Shown here: piece after piece, positions 38,668-48,298 of the stretch | Position numbering within the stretch: position 1 is the first letter of the stretch | Layout of the letters: each line of letters opens with the position of its first letter | Origin: a bacterium | GTDB taxonomy: Bacteria > Patescibacteriota > Microgenomatia > Levybacterales > UBA12049 | Assembly: GCA_021777565.1 (NCBI GenBank) | Contig: JAJYDJ010000001.1 | Coordinates: 248,856 to 312,855, forward strand | Length of the DNA: 64,000 nt | Direction of reading: 5' to 3' | Notes under the pieces: generated by a model | What the model saw: the letters and a program-made list of their open reading frames with translations, nothing else | What the model was told of the DNA's origin: nothing | The model's database searches: none | Translations under genes and position numbers: made by a program

Positions 38668-39268
38668 AGAAAAATCGTGTTTTGCACAGTTCCAGTACTA
38701 TGGGAAGTTCTGTGAGTGCTGATCCGAGATGTCCTCCCCCAGTCAGGATAATTTTTTGTCCACTGGTCAGCGTTGCAAATTCTTCATTGTACTTCTGTGG
38801 CACATAGGGATCATTGGTACTAAAGACGCTATAGGTGACGCCCAAAAGTGGTTTAACAACGTCATAATCTACAGGGTGTTCATAAAATGAATGATTGATA
38901 ACATCAAAGGTTGGATTACCAATATCTTGAAGAAATGGCGCGACGAAGATAGAGCTATCTAGTTGCAGATGATGTTTACTAACTGCTTGGAGAATAAATG
39001 CTGGGGCGAGTGAATGTCCGACAAAACAAATTTTTTCATCTGTTTTTAGTTGTGGCAAGAGTTCTCTTTCGAAGGTCTCCATCCAACTGGTCAATGATTC
39101 TTTTGGATTGGTATAGGTTTCAGGAGATTTCTGGACGACTGACATGTCATCAACAGGAAATTGGATTGCAAAGACAGTCTGTCCGAGTTTTTCTAAATTC
39201 TCTTTTAGCCATGGAAACCAGTTCTCATCAATACTACTGAATGTGCCATGAAAAATTACAAACTGCAT
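38660..39268 (-). CDS. Alpha/beta-fold serine hydrolase (RBBP9/YdeN-like)
   Basis: MQFVIFHGTFSS N-terminus, nucleophile elbow FVGHSLA, and C-terminal GGGH. 202 aa. Confidence 0.6.
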   Translation of the reverse strand: MQFVIFHGTFSSIDENWFPWLKENLEKLGQTVFAIQFPVDDMSVVQKSPETYTNPKESLTSWMETFERELLPQLKTDEKICFVGHSLAPAFILQAVSKHHLQLDSSIFVAPFLQDIGNPTFDVINHSFYEHPVDYDVVKPLLGVTYSVFSTNDPYVPQKYNEEFATLTSGQKIILTGGGHLGSALTELPIVLELCKTRFFYE

Positions 39269-39277
39269 ATCTGTGAA

Positions 39278-40330
39278 TTACTCTGTAGGAAAAGATTTCT
39301 TCATGTCGATAACGTATCGTTTAGCCATGTTCTTCTCCATCAAAGACTCCCAGGCGTTATTAATGTCTTGGATGTTGATCACTTCAATCTCAGGAAGGAT
39401 ATGATGCTCTGCACTATAGGCAAGCATTTCTTCTGTCTCTTTCATTCCGCCAATCCCTGATCCTGCAACTGATCGCTGTCCATGGATGACATCCCCACTG
39501 TGAAAGCCTGGCATCGGTTCGATAGCTCCGACGATACAGAGAACGCCATGGATATTAAGAAGTTTTATATAAGGAGACAGATCGTGGGCTTTAGGGATGG
39601 TGTTGAGTAAGAAATCAAATGAATTGGCGGCGTGTGCCATATCCTCTTCTGAACTTGAGACGATAACGCCTTTCGCACCGTATGACTCTGCTGCTGCTTT
39701 CTTCTCGGGTGAGGAGGTAATGACCCAGACCTCAGCTCCCATCGCGACGGCATATTTCACTCCCATGTGTCCGAGTCCTCCCAGTCCAATAATACCGACT
39801 TTCATCCCCGGCCCTATCTTCCAGTGACTCAGTGGTGAAAATGTCGTGATACCAGCACACAGAAGTGGTGCTGCATGAGCAGAATCCAAAGATTCAGGGA
39901 TAGACACTACGAAATGTTCAGGGACGACCATCAGTGTAGAATAACCACCTTTCGTATCGGTGCCATCCACGGGGTCTTTGGAGCTATATGTCCAGATGGT
40001 CTCTTCAAAACAACTATTCTCAAATCCTCTTTTGCAGGCATCACACGTCCCACAACTATTCACCATGCACCCCACACCGACTCTGTCGCCTACTTTGAAC
40101 TTTGTTACGTTACTTCCGACACGAGTTACGATACCAATTATTTCGTGACCTGGGACACAGGGGTACTCTACTTCTCCCCAGTCACCACGAGCGGTATGAA
40201 TATCAGAATGGCACACGCCACAATACTGGACTTCCAGTTCTACATCATCTGGGGTAGGTTCACGACGATCAAATTCGTAGTATTCAAGTGGTTTATCTGC
40301 ACTGGGGGCTGCAAAAGACTTGGCTTTCAT
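39278..40330 (-). CDS. Zinc-dependent alcohol dehydrogenase (cinnamyl-ADH/YahK-like, NADP-type)
   Basis: GVCHSDIH catalytic zinc motif, structural-zinc Cys cluster CGTCDACKRG, and Rossmann GLGGLGHMGVKYA. Confidence 0.85.
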   Translation of the reverse strand: MKAKSFAAPSADKPLEYYEFDRREPTPDDVELEVQYCGVCHSDIHTARGDWGEVEYPCVPGHEIIGIVTRVGSNVTKFKVGDRVGVGCMVNSCGTCDACKRGFENSCFEETIWTYSSKDPVDGTDTKGGYSTLMVVPEHFVVSIPESLDSAHAAPLLCAGITTFSPLSHWKIGPGMKVGIIGLGGLGHMGVKYAVAMGAEVWVITSSPEKKAAAESYGAKGVIVSSSEEDMAHAANSFDFLLNTIPKAHDLSPYIKLLNIHGVLCIVGAIEPMPGFHSGDVIHGQRSVAGSGIGGMKETEEMLAYSAEHHILPEIEVINIQDINNAWESLMEKNMAKRYVIDMKKSFPTE

Positions 40331-40371
40331 GTGATTATTTTCTCACAATACGTCCAGATCTACAATCTTTA

Positions 40372-40611
40372 TTATTTCTTCTTCCACCTCGGGGCGAAGG
40401 CGATCATTTGGGTGAAGATCCAGGCTTGAATGGGATTCATGCCATTCTTACGCATGCCCTGATAGGCGTACTTTTGAAAAGTCTTGAGATCGCTCTCTGG
40501 ATGGATGAGTTTGCCATTCTTACAGCAGTTACTGCAGTATCGTGGGTCTCCACTCTTCCCCGTGTCCTGAGATAGTGGCATCATGCACGACTCACAATTC
40601 TTTGGCTTCAT
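40372..40611 (-). CDS. Small zinc-ribbon protein (putative Zn_ribbon_2-like)
   Basis: 79 aa, CESCMMPL...YCSNCCKNGKL CxxC...CxxCC spacing typical of the 'putative zinc ribbon domain' family. Confidence 0.5.
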   Translation of the reverse strand: MKPKNCESCMMPLSQDTGKSGDPRYCSNCCKNGKLIHPESDLKTFQKYAYQGMRKNGMNPIQAWIFTQMIAFAPRWKKK

Positions 40612-40658
40612 GATTTTAGTGTAGGACGAATCTCATTTGTTAGCAATCTACCTTTTCT

Positions 40659-41957
40659 TTATTGAAGAGATTGGATTTGAGTTCTCAAAGCTTCAAGCTT
40701 CTTCGGGATGGTTTCTTTCTCTTCAAAATCTATACCAAATTTTTTCTTATAAGTATCCTGAAAGTGAGGGTGTTTTCTGAGTTCGTTAAACAAGGGCCAA
40801 GTTTTATATTCTTCTTCAGAAATCTTCTCTGATGGAATCGACTCCATAAGTTTTAATGCCTTATCAAATTCATCTTTTAGCACACATATAGCTAGCTTAT
40901 ACATGTCATCTTTTGCACTCCAGTCTTCATCATCGATTAACTGCGTACATTGTGCTTTATCTCCATGAAATTTATATGCTGCTGCTCCATTGATTAGGAT
41001 CATGCATTTTGTCTCTTCAGATGAATAATCATTTAATTTTTTCCCAAGGTTGAGAATCTGTATTGTTATGTTATATTTTTCCCCTTTGAGTGACTCATAT
41101 GATAGTTGTCTTAAACTTATATCTGCTTTATCCTTGTCCTTAGGTAGGATTTTTCTGCGAATAAGCTGCTCGGTTATAATACCGGCTTCATAAAATGTTT
41201 CACATGCCTTTGCAAAGTATTCGGGGCGTATTGTTAATGAGCGGCCTAAATCTATACTAGATATGTCAACATCATTAGCTTTACATACTTCTAGATATTG
41301 CTTAGAAGCAATACCATTGTTGTGGATAATTACATTCCTTCTCTCACTGATTTCTATCAGTTGTGGCCACATGTCAATTTTCTCTATAATTTTTACATTA
41401 GAAATTTTCTCTAAAAATTTAAATCTATCTGTTATACTGCCTCTTAGGAACTCATCAACTTCTTGGGAAATGATATTTTCTTTAACATCAGTTAATGATG
41501 AATATTTAAGAACATCTGGATAACTAATCTTCTTCTCAGATCCTACTAAAACCTCCGGGTGGATCTCATAGATGTCTCTCAAAAGGTCAGCTAAAAATAT
41601 ATCGAATTTTGTTATTAGAGCAACTAAATACATTTCTCGTACAGTTGCTTTAGACATAAGATGGATAGCAGTCTCTCTGATGAGTTCATGCAGAATATCA
41701 AACGTAGCATCGTCGATTTTTACTGGTCCTTTTTGAAATTTGGTAGCAAATGAATTTATTTCAGTAGAGTCTTTAGTAATAATGCTCGTTAGAACAGTTT
41801 CAATTAATGGTAATGTCTGATCTAAAGACTGGATCTCCAGATTTAGCTTATTGATTGCGGTATCAAAAGGTTGAATTTTCTCTCTATTGGTTTTGCGTCT
41901 CGCGAGCCTTACTTCCCTCTTTTTTTTACCTTTTTGATTTTTTGGCTTTGATTTCAT
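40659..41957 (-). CDS. Hypothetical all-alpha protein with a HEPN-like Rx4H motif (candidate RNase/abortive-infection-type protein). Basic N-terminus.
   Basis: 432 aa. Lys/Arg-rich N-terminus (MKSKPKNQKGKKKREVRLARRKTNREK). ...ISERRNVIIHNNG (R-x4-H) near residue 214 inside a predicted helical domain. Visibly AT-richer than its neighbours. Start shares TAATG with the pheT stop. Confidence 0.55.
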   Translation of the reverse strand: MKSKPKNQKGKKKREVRLARRKTNREKIQPFDTAINKLNLEIQSLDQTLPLIETVLTSIITKDSTEINSFATKFQKGPVKIDDATFDILHELIRETAIHLMSKATVREMYLVALITKFDIFLADLLRDIYEIHPEVLVGSEKKISYPDVLKYSSLTDVKENIISQEVDEFLRGSITDRFKFLEKISNVKIIEKIDMWPQLIEISERRNVIIHNNGIASKQYLEVCKANDVDISSIDLGRSLTIRPEYFAKACETFYEAGIITEQLIRRKILPKDKDKADISLRQLSYESLKGEKYNITIQILNLGKKLNDYSSEETKCMILINGAAAYKFHGDKAQCTQLIDDEDWSAKDDMYKLAICVLKDEFDKALKLMESIPSEKISEEEYKTWPLFNELRKHPHFQDTYKKKFGIDFEEKETIPKKLEALRTQIQSLQ

Positions 41958-43912
41958 TACTTCACTTCTCCTTCAAATGCCTTCTTGAGGTGGGAGAGGA
42001 TCTTTTCTCTGACTGGGGTGATGTCATCAGTCGTGAGGTTACGAGTATCACTCTGGTACACGATGTGGAAAGTTCGTGAAGAATTGTAGCGGCTTGTCAT
42101 GGAGACCTCTTTGATCAGATCACTCTGTCTTTTGATATCACTCACGATATTACCAGTGGGCACAGCGTCATCAATGACGACGGTGATGTCCTCTTCTAGC
42201 CCAGGGAATTTGGAGGCTTCGGTATATCTTTTTTTCATGTGTGCATACTTCCCGACCAAAAGTTCGAAGTTAATTTCTGCTGTAACGAGCTCGTGAGGAT
42301 AGACATGAATTTCACCGATCACTTCCTTCTCGATACTCACAGGGACCACTAGAATATTTTCTCTCTGTGTTGGAGTCTGCCAATTTAGCACTATACCCAT
42401 GTCGAGTGCTAACTGTTCCAGTACTCCCTTCATGTGTGTAAACTTACCAAACTTCCCATGTAGTAAAATTCCCAACAACTCTCTCTCTTCTGGTAATGTC
42501 CCCTTGCGGTATGGGTACACTTTGGCTAGTTCAAAGATAGTGATATCTTTTCTCCCCTTGTTCAAGTGAGTCACTTCTAGAAGACTTGGGGTTAACGATT
42601 GGCGCATGAATACGTGCTGTTCGTCAAGTGGGTTACTCAGCTGATAATATTCTTTGCCTTCTTCTTTTAATTCTTTGCTCACCATCGAGTAAGTGTACAC
42701 TTCGGTCAGTCCCCAGAATTTCAGTGCATCCCGTACTCGCCTCTCCCAATAGAACAAGTCTTTGGCTTGATGATAGCTCGCAGCAGTGGTGTAGGGTGGC
42801 AGGACATTTGGCAGTGTATGATAGCCGATCATGCGAGCGATCTCCTCTACCACGTCAGCATCCATGGTAATATCATCGACTCTCCAGGATGGTGGCGTGA
42901 CTAAAAGTCCTGTGTCTGTTGTCTCCATGTCAAAGCCTAAAAGCTTGAGACACGCCACTGCTTTCTTGCCGTCTACATCGATCCCAATCAGTGTGTTTAT
43001 TTTTTCAAAAGAAACTGAAACTTCTTTGATTTTTACGGGGTGTGGGTAGATATCGATGATCTCCTCCACCACTTTAGCCTGTGCATATTTCTCGTAGAGT
43101 TCCAGACCTCTCAAAAGTGCCGTCATAGCGAGCTCAGGATCAACATCTTTTTCATTGATCACGGCGGCATCGGTACGAATACCAAGCCCCATGGAGGTCT
43201 TTCTAATATGCGTTGGATCATTGTTGTCGACAAAGAAGAGTACGCGTGTGGTCTCGTCAGTGATGGCACTATTGGCAAGTCCCATGACTCCCGCCAGATC
43301 AATGATACGACCGGTGGCATCTTCGATCATAATGTCTCCACCATGTAGCGTGTGTTCTTTGTCATCCAGGGTCATGATCTTCTCGCCTTTTTTGGATGGG
43401 CGGATCGTCATAGTGTGGGTATTAAGCTGATCAAAATCGAAAGCATGGGTGGGATGTCCGATCTCGAGCATGACGTAGTTAGTGATGTCGATGAGAATAT
43501 TAAGTGGTCTGATATTGGCCTCTTCAAGGCGTTTCTTCATAAATTCTGGTGTTTCTTTTTGCGTGACTTCCAACTCTACTGCGCAAATACGACGAACGAG
43601 CGTGGGATCATTAACGATCTTGAGATGTTTGGTATGGGTCACGGTCTCTGGTGTTTTGAATTTTTCTTCATGGTAGGTGGCATGGATATTTGCACCGGTG
43701 AGTGAGGCAGCAATTTCTTTGGACAGTCCTCTGACACCCATCATATCCACACGATTACTGGTGATCTCGAATTCATAGGCGATGTCTTCTGTCAAATATT
43801 CTACTTTTTCCACAGATGCACTACGTAGAGAAACTTCGCGTGCGATATCCTCCGGTGTAGCATCGGTAGTAACAAACTCTCTGATATGACTATCTAAAAT
43901 ACGTATATCCAT
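41957..43912 (-). CDS. pheT: Phenylalanine--tRNA ligase beta subunit
   Basis: B3/B4 and B5 domains (FDFDQL, GVMGLANS), C-terminal anticodon-binding FDBD. Start taken at MDIRILD (ATG 43912); the ORF-track start at 44032 adds a 40-aa non-homologous extension. Confidence 0.85.
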   Translation of the reverse strand: MDIRILDSHIREFVTTDATPEDIAREVSLRSASVEKVEYLTEDIAYEFEITSNRVDMMGVRGLSKEIAASLTGANIHATYHEEKFKTPETVTHTKHLKIVNDPTLVRRICAVELEVTQKETPEFMKKRLEEANIRPLNILIDITNYVMLEIGHPTHAFDFDQLNTHTMTIRPSKKGEKIMTLDDKEHTLHGGDIMIEDATGRIIDLAGVMGLANSAITDETTRVLFFVDNNDPTHIRKTSMGLGIRTDAAVINEKDVDPELAMTALLRGLELYEKYAQAKVVEEIIDIYPHPVKIKEVSVSFEKINTLIGIDVDGKKAVACLKLLGFDMETTDTGLLVTPPSWRVDDITMDADVVEEIARMIGYHTLPNVLPPYTTAASYHQAKDLFYWERRVRDALKFWGLTEVYTYSMVSKELKEEGKEYYQLSNPLDEQHVFMRQSLTPSLLEVTHLNKGRKDITIFELAKVYPYRKGTLPEERELLGILLHGKFGKFTHMKGVLEQLALDMGIVLNWQTPTQRENILVVPVSIEKEVIGEIHVYPHELVTAEINFELLVGKYAHMKKRYTEASKFPGLEEDITVVIDDAVPTGNIVSDIKRQSDLIKEVSMTSRYNSSRTFHIVYQSDTRNLTTDDITPVREKILSHLKKAFEGEVK

Positions 43913-44142
43913 ATATATTTTTTCTTTTTTATCGTTCTTTTGTATCGACAAAAGAACCAAAAACTCTTGCGCTGAGAAAGTCGGGCTATTTTTCTCACTC
44001 ACTCGTCTGGGAAATGCTGCCCCTTCAGACATCCGTCAGAGACGGAGTCTGGCTTCCCCTGATGTCGTTCGTTCAAAAAACTTCAAGCCCTTTGTTTCTA
44101 CGCGCAAAGTCTAATTACACAACGATGTTCATGTGCTTTTCT

Positions 44143-45198
44143 CTAAAACTGTTCTAGAAATTCCAAGGAATTCCCATACATGAGTCGCAAATCATTCAGT
44201 TCTAGTCCTTCTTTCATCATCATGCATCGCTCTACTCCCCATCCGAAGGCAAATCCTGAATACTCATTAGGATCTATGCCCACACTTTTTAAAACATTTG
44301 GATGTACCATACCAGCTCCTCCGAGCTCCATCCATCCACCCTTGCAGACGCGGCAGGTGTCACCATTGGTAAGTTTGCCTGTGCCATGGCAGACTCCACA
44401 GTCAACATCTACTTCAAATGATGGTTCAGTGAATTGGAAATGATACGGGCGGATACGGAAATTTCTATCTTCACCATAGAATGATTTCATGAAGTGGTTA
44501 AGAACACCACGAAGGTGCGTGATAGAGATGCCTTTATCGACGACCAATCCTTCGAATTGGTGAAACATCTGGGTGTGTCTGGTGTCTGACTGACGGCGAT
44601 ACGTTTTGGCAATATTAATCATGCGTACCGGTGGCTTGATACGCTGCATTTCACGGATTTGTCCACTTGAGGTATGTGGGGTCAGAATCATACGACCATA
44701 GGTCTTATGTGCTTCCTCTTCCATGAAAAAGGTTTCCCAATCATCTCGAGCTGGATGGTCTTCTGGAAAGTTGAGTGCCGTAAATGCATACCAATCCCAC
44801 TCTATCTCGGGATAGCGCACCCGACTCAGACCGATTTTTTCAAAGATGGCAGAAATTTCATCAATTGCTTGCGTGACCAGATGCAGATGCCCGAGTGGTG
44901 GCTTGATACCAGGATCAGTGACATCAAGTAAGGATTTTTGTTTGGTGATGTGACTGGATTGGAGTGATTTCTGTTTTTGCGCGATGGCATCAGTGATGAT
45001 GGTCTTAACTTCGTTGGCAACTCTGCCCAGTGGTCCCCTTTCCTCCAGTGGGAGTTTAGGAAGTTCTTTTAACAGGGTGGTAAGCTTACCAGAACGGCCC
45101 AAGAACTGCAGATAGACCTGCTCGAGTGTCTTACTATCATCAGCATCAATGATGAGTGATAGGCAGTCATTTTTGAGTTGCATGAGTTGTTCTTGCAT
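44143..45198 (-). CDS. pheS: Phenylalanine--tRNA ligase alpha subunit
   Basis: Class II aaRS motifs (HPARDDWETFF motif 2 region, GFAFGWGVERCMMM motif 3) and N-terminal coiled coil. Confidence 0.9.
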   Translation of the reverse strand: MQEQLMQLKNDCLSLIIDADDSKTLEQVYLQFLGRSGKLTTLLKELPKLPLEERGPLGRVANEVKTIITDAIAQKQKSLQSSHITKQKSLLDVTDPGIKPPLGHLHLVTQAIDEISAIFEKIGLSRVRYPEIEWDWYAFTALNFPEDHPARDDWETFFMEEEAHKTYGRMILTPHTSSGQIREMQRIKPPVRMINIAKTYRRQSDTRHTQMFHQFEGLVVDKGISITHLRGVLNHFMKSFYGEDRNFRIRPYHFQFTEPSFEVDVDCGVCHGTGKLTNGDTCRVCKGGWMELGGAGMVHPNVLKSVGIDPNEYSGFAFGWGVERCMMMKEGLELNDLRLMYGNSLEFLEQF

Positions 45199-45287
45199 AG
45201 ATTTATTGTATCATGTCCTTTCTTTTTCCCATAAAAAAATCCCCGGGTGGGGATGTGTGTGGCTAAGAAAAGTCAGCAAGCGATCGC

Positions 45288-45629
45288 TTACTTCAATTTC
45301 TCAACCACGCTTTTAAAACTCTCGGCATCTGACACGATCATGTCAGCGAGAATTTTACGATCAAGAGCGATATTAGCATCCTTGAGCTTTTTAATAAGAG
45401 TACTGTAGTTCATACCATATTCGGTGATGGCGTGAGAAATACGGGTAATCCAAAGTGCGCGAATGTCTCGCTTCTTGTTCTTGCGGCCTTGGAATGCATA
45501 GGCACCTGAGTGCAATACAGCTGCGGTAGCGGTACGAATGAGCTTGTGGCGTGTTCCACGATAGCCCTTCGCAAGTCCTAATACTTTCTTATGCTTTCTT
45601 TTAGAAACAATACCTCGTTTTACTCTCAT
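45288..45629 (-). CDS. rplT: 50S ribosomal protein L20
   Basis: MRVKRGIVSKRKHKKVLGLAKGYRG matches the L20 N-terminus. Confidence 0.9.
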   Translation of the reverse strand: MRVKRGIVSKRKHKKVLGLAKGYRGTRHKLIRTATAAVLHSGAYAFQGRKNKKRDIRALWITRISHAITEYGMNYSTLIKKLKDANIALDRKILADMIVSDAESFKSVVEKLK

Positions 45630-45632
45630 GGG

Positions 45633-45857
45633 TTATTTTACTGCCTTTCTTTTACGCTTGGTGGATGTACCGAGCATAAATCGTACTTTTCGTGCAAATC
45701 CTTCTGCCAAAACTCCTGGGATGTTGAGTCGACGCTTGCGACTTCCAGACTTGTGTGTCATCAAATGACCATTGTATTGATGAGCAAACAAGACCTTACC
45801 AGTCTTTGTTACTTTAAATCTTTTTGATACTGCTGATTTAATTTTCTTTTTTGGCAT
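45633..45857 (-). CDS. rpmI: 50S ribosomal protein L35
   Basis: MPKKKIKSAVSKRFKVTKTGKV matches L35. Confidence 0.85.
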   Translation of the reverse strand: MPKKKIKSAVSKRFKVTKTGKVLFAHQYNGHLMTHKSGSRKRRLNIPGVLAEGFARKVRFMLGTSTKRKRKAVK

Positions 45858-45858
45858 G

Positions 45859-46425
45859 TCATTCTCCTTCTGTTTTGTTTTTCTTCTTATCTGGGGAGAG
45901 AACCATCATAAGTTGTTTCCCCATTAAGTTAGGCTCTTTGTCGACTTTTGAAACATCTGCGAGAATTTCGGTCACGCGCTTAAGAACGTTGTATCCGAAT
46001 TCCGGATGAATAATCTGTCGACCCTTGAACTTTACAACGAGTTTGACCTTGTTGCCTTCGTCCAAAAAGCCTCGTATCTTGTCAACTCCAATCTGCAAGT
46101 CGTTCTCCTGCGTATGTGGTCCGAATCTAACTTCTTTCGTCTCGGTCACTTTCGCTTTCTTTTTCTCTTCTTGCTTCTTCTTGGATTGCTGGTAGAGAAA
46201 TTTATTAAAATCAATAATCTTTGCAACTGGAGGCACTGCCTGACCGGCTACCTCTACCAAGTCTAGTTCCTGTTCTCTTGCGAGATTCAGGGCTTCAGCC
46301 TTGGACATGACACCGATCTGTTTGTTCTCACTATCCAGTACGCGAAGTTCTGGAGAGTTGATCCTTTCGTTTATGCGAAAGTCCCATCTCGGGTCGTGTT
46401 GTTGATTATGTGCTCTTCGTATCAA
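45859..46425 (-). CDS. infC: Translation initiation factor IF-3
   Basis: FRINERINSPELRVLD...GVMSKAEALNLAREQELDLVEV is the IF3 N-domain; C-domain present. infC-rpmI-rplT operon order. Confidence 0.85.
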   Translation of the reverse strand: MIRRAHNQQHDPRWDFRINERINSPELRVLDSENKQIGVMSKAEALNLAREQELDLVEVAGQAVPPVAKIIDFNKFLYQQSKKKQEEKKKAKVTETKEVRFGPHTQENDLQIGVDKIRGFLDEGNKVKLVVKFKGRQIIHPEFGYNVLKRVTEILADVSKVDKEPNLMGKQLMMVLSPDKKKNKTEGE

Positions 46426-48154
46426 TTTTATCTACCAAGAAAGAAATAAAGGACTCCTGGGACATCTTCCCGAGGTCCTCTCCCTCGCGGGTTCGAACGG
46501 CTACTGCCTGCTCGTTTTCTTCTTTCTCTCCAATTATAGCTAAAATAGGCACCCGTTGTAAAGTGTGGGTACGTATCTTAGCCTGGAGACGCTCACTGGA
46601 GGCATCTAATTCTACCCGAATTCCCTTACTTTCAAGCATTTCTTTCACTTTTTGGGCGTACTCTGCCTGTTTGTCGGTGATAGGAAGCAGTGCCACTTGG
46701 ACTGGTGCGAGCCAGAGTGGGAGGTTACCAGCATAGTGTTCCAGAAGAATCATCATCATACGCTCCGGTGAGCCGATGATCGCGCGATGGATCATGATTG
46801 GGTGTTTCTCTTTGCCATCACTATCTGTATAGACCAGATCGAATCGTTCTGGTTGGACATAATCTATTTGAATGGTTGAAAGCTGCCACTCGCGTCCCAG
46901 TGAGTCTGTAGCGATCAAGTCCATTTTAGGTGCATAAAATGCGGCCTCCCCTGGCCCATCAAAGTACTCTATATTATTTCGCTTCATGATCTCCTCTGCC
47001 CACTTCTCTACCTTGTCCCAGATAGCTTTATCTCCCAGGTATTTCTCTGGATGTTGGGGATCTCTAGTAGAAAGACGATATTTATAGGAAAATCCCAGTG
47101 TCTGCATGACTTTTTTCGTCATCTCTAGCGCTTTATCGATCTCAGCATCGACCTGATCTTCTCGACAGAAGATATGACAATCATCCTGTGAGAATGCTCT
47201 GGTCCTGCCAAGCCCGTTTAGCTCGCCTGGTCTCTCATCTCGATACAACATAGCAAAGTCTGTCATGCGAATAGGAAGATCGCGGTAACTGTGCATTTTA
47301 CTGGCATAAATTTGGGTGTGTTGTGGACAATTCATTGGTTTGAGATACATCTCTTCCTCTGAATAGTTAGACTTCACATGGAACATGTCCTCATGGTATT
47401 TATCATAGTGGCCTGAACGTTTGAAAAGCTCAGCTTTGGCAATTTGTGGGGTCCACACTTGCTGATACCCCTCGGCCGTCTGCAACTCTTCGATGTAGTT
47501 ATTCAGTGTTCTTCTGATGAGTGCCCCACGTTGGGTATAGAGTGGTAGTCCACTTCCCACCAAATCTGAAAAAGTAAATAGATCCAGATCACGTCCAATT
47601 TTACGGTGGTCACGTTTCTTGGCCTCTTCAAGCATCGTGAGATAGTTATCTAATTCTTCTTTCTTAAAAAATGCCGTGCCATAAATGCGGGTAAGCATTT
47701 TATTCTTCTCATCTCCTCGCCAGTAGGCACCAGCAAGTTTCATGAGCTTAAAATATTTCAAATCTTCTGATGGATTATTGTCATGTCCCCCACGGCACAG
47801 ATCAGAAAAGTCTCCTGACTGATAGAATGTAATTGGCTCCCCTTTGCCGACTATTTCATCAATCAACTCAAGTTTATATGGATTGTCTGCATAGGCTTTT
47901 CGTGCTTCTTCTTCGGTGACGTCTTGTTTGGCAAATCCTTTCCAAGAAGAAACAAGTTCATGCATTTTATCCTCAATCTTTGCTAAATCACTTTCTGAGA
48001 TTTTCACGTCACCAAAGTCAAAATCATAGTAAAAGCCTTCATCGATGGCAGGGCCTATCGTGCGAAGGGTGTGTGGATACAGTTCCATCACGGCAGCAGC
48101 AAGCAAATGCGCTGCGGAATGTCTCAAATGTTGTAATTGTTCTTTATCGTTCAT
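46406..48154 (-). CDS. thrS: Threonine--tRNA ligase (short form without N-terminal TGS domain)
   Basis: Class II core with HRAIIGSPERMM (motif 3-like), zinc ligands, and anticodon-binding C-terminus. Start at MNDKEQL (ATG 48154). Confidence 0.85.
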   Translation of the reverse strand: MNDKEQLQHLRHSAAHLLAAAVMELYPHTLRTIGPAIDEGFYYDFDFGDVKISESDLAKIEDKMHELVSSWKGFAKQDVTEEEARKAYADNPYKLELIDEIVGKGEPITFYQSGDFSDLCRGGHDNNPSEDLKYFKLMKLAGAYWRGDEKNKMLTRIYGTAFFKKEELDNYLTMLEEAKKRDHRKIGRDLDLFTFSDLVGSGLPLYTQRGALIRRTLNNYIEELQTAEGYQQVWTPQIAKAELFKRSGHYDKYHEDMFHVKSNYSEEEMYLKPMNCPQHTQIYASKMHSYRDLPIRMTDFAMLYRDERPGELNGLGRTRAFSQDDCHIFCREDQVDAEIDKALEMTKKVMQTLGFSYKYRLSTRDPQHPEKYLGDKAIWDKVEKWAEEIMKRNNIEYFDGPGEAAFYAPKMDLIATDSLGREWQLSTIQIDYVQPERFDLVYTDSDGKEKHPIMIHRAIIGSPERMMMILLEHYAGNLPLWLAPVQVALLPITDKQAEYAQKVKEMLESKGIRVELDASSERLQAKIRTHTLQRVPILAIIGEKEENEQAVAVRTREGEDLGKMSQESFISFLVDKIDTKST

Positions 48155-48298
48155 ATGGTTATTATACAAAAAAAATCCCCTTTCGGGGACTGCATCTCTG
48201 ACACGACACAACCCCCAATCCTATCGGGTAGTGGTTGTGGTCAATGTCACTGCTTGGTTCATTGCAATCATTATCATACTCATATGTCTTTTTGTCAA

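Noticed and set aside
43913-44032. N-terminal 40-aa extension of pheT from the ORF-track start at 44032 (MSEGAAFPRRVSEKNSPTFSAQEFLVLLSIQKNDKKEKIY)
   Set aside because: Homology to PheT begins at MDIRILD (ATG 43912). The extension has no counterpart in PheT proteins, so it was treated as non-coding spacer (see finding).
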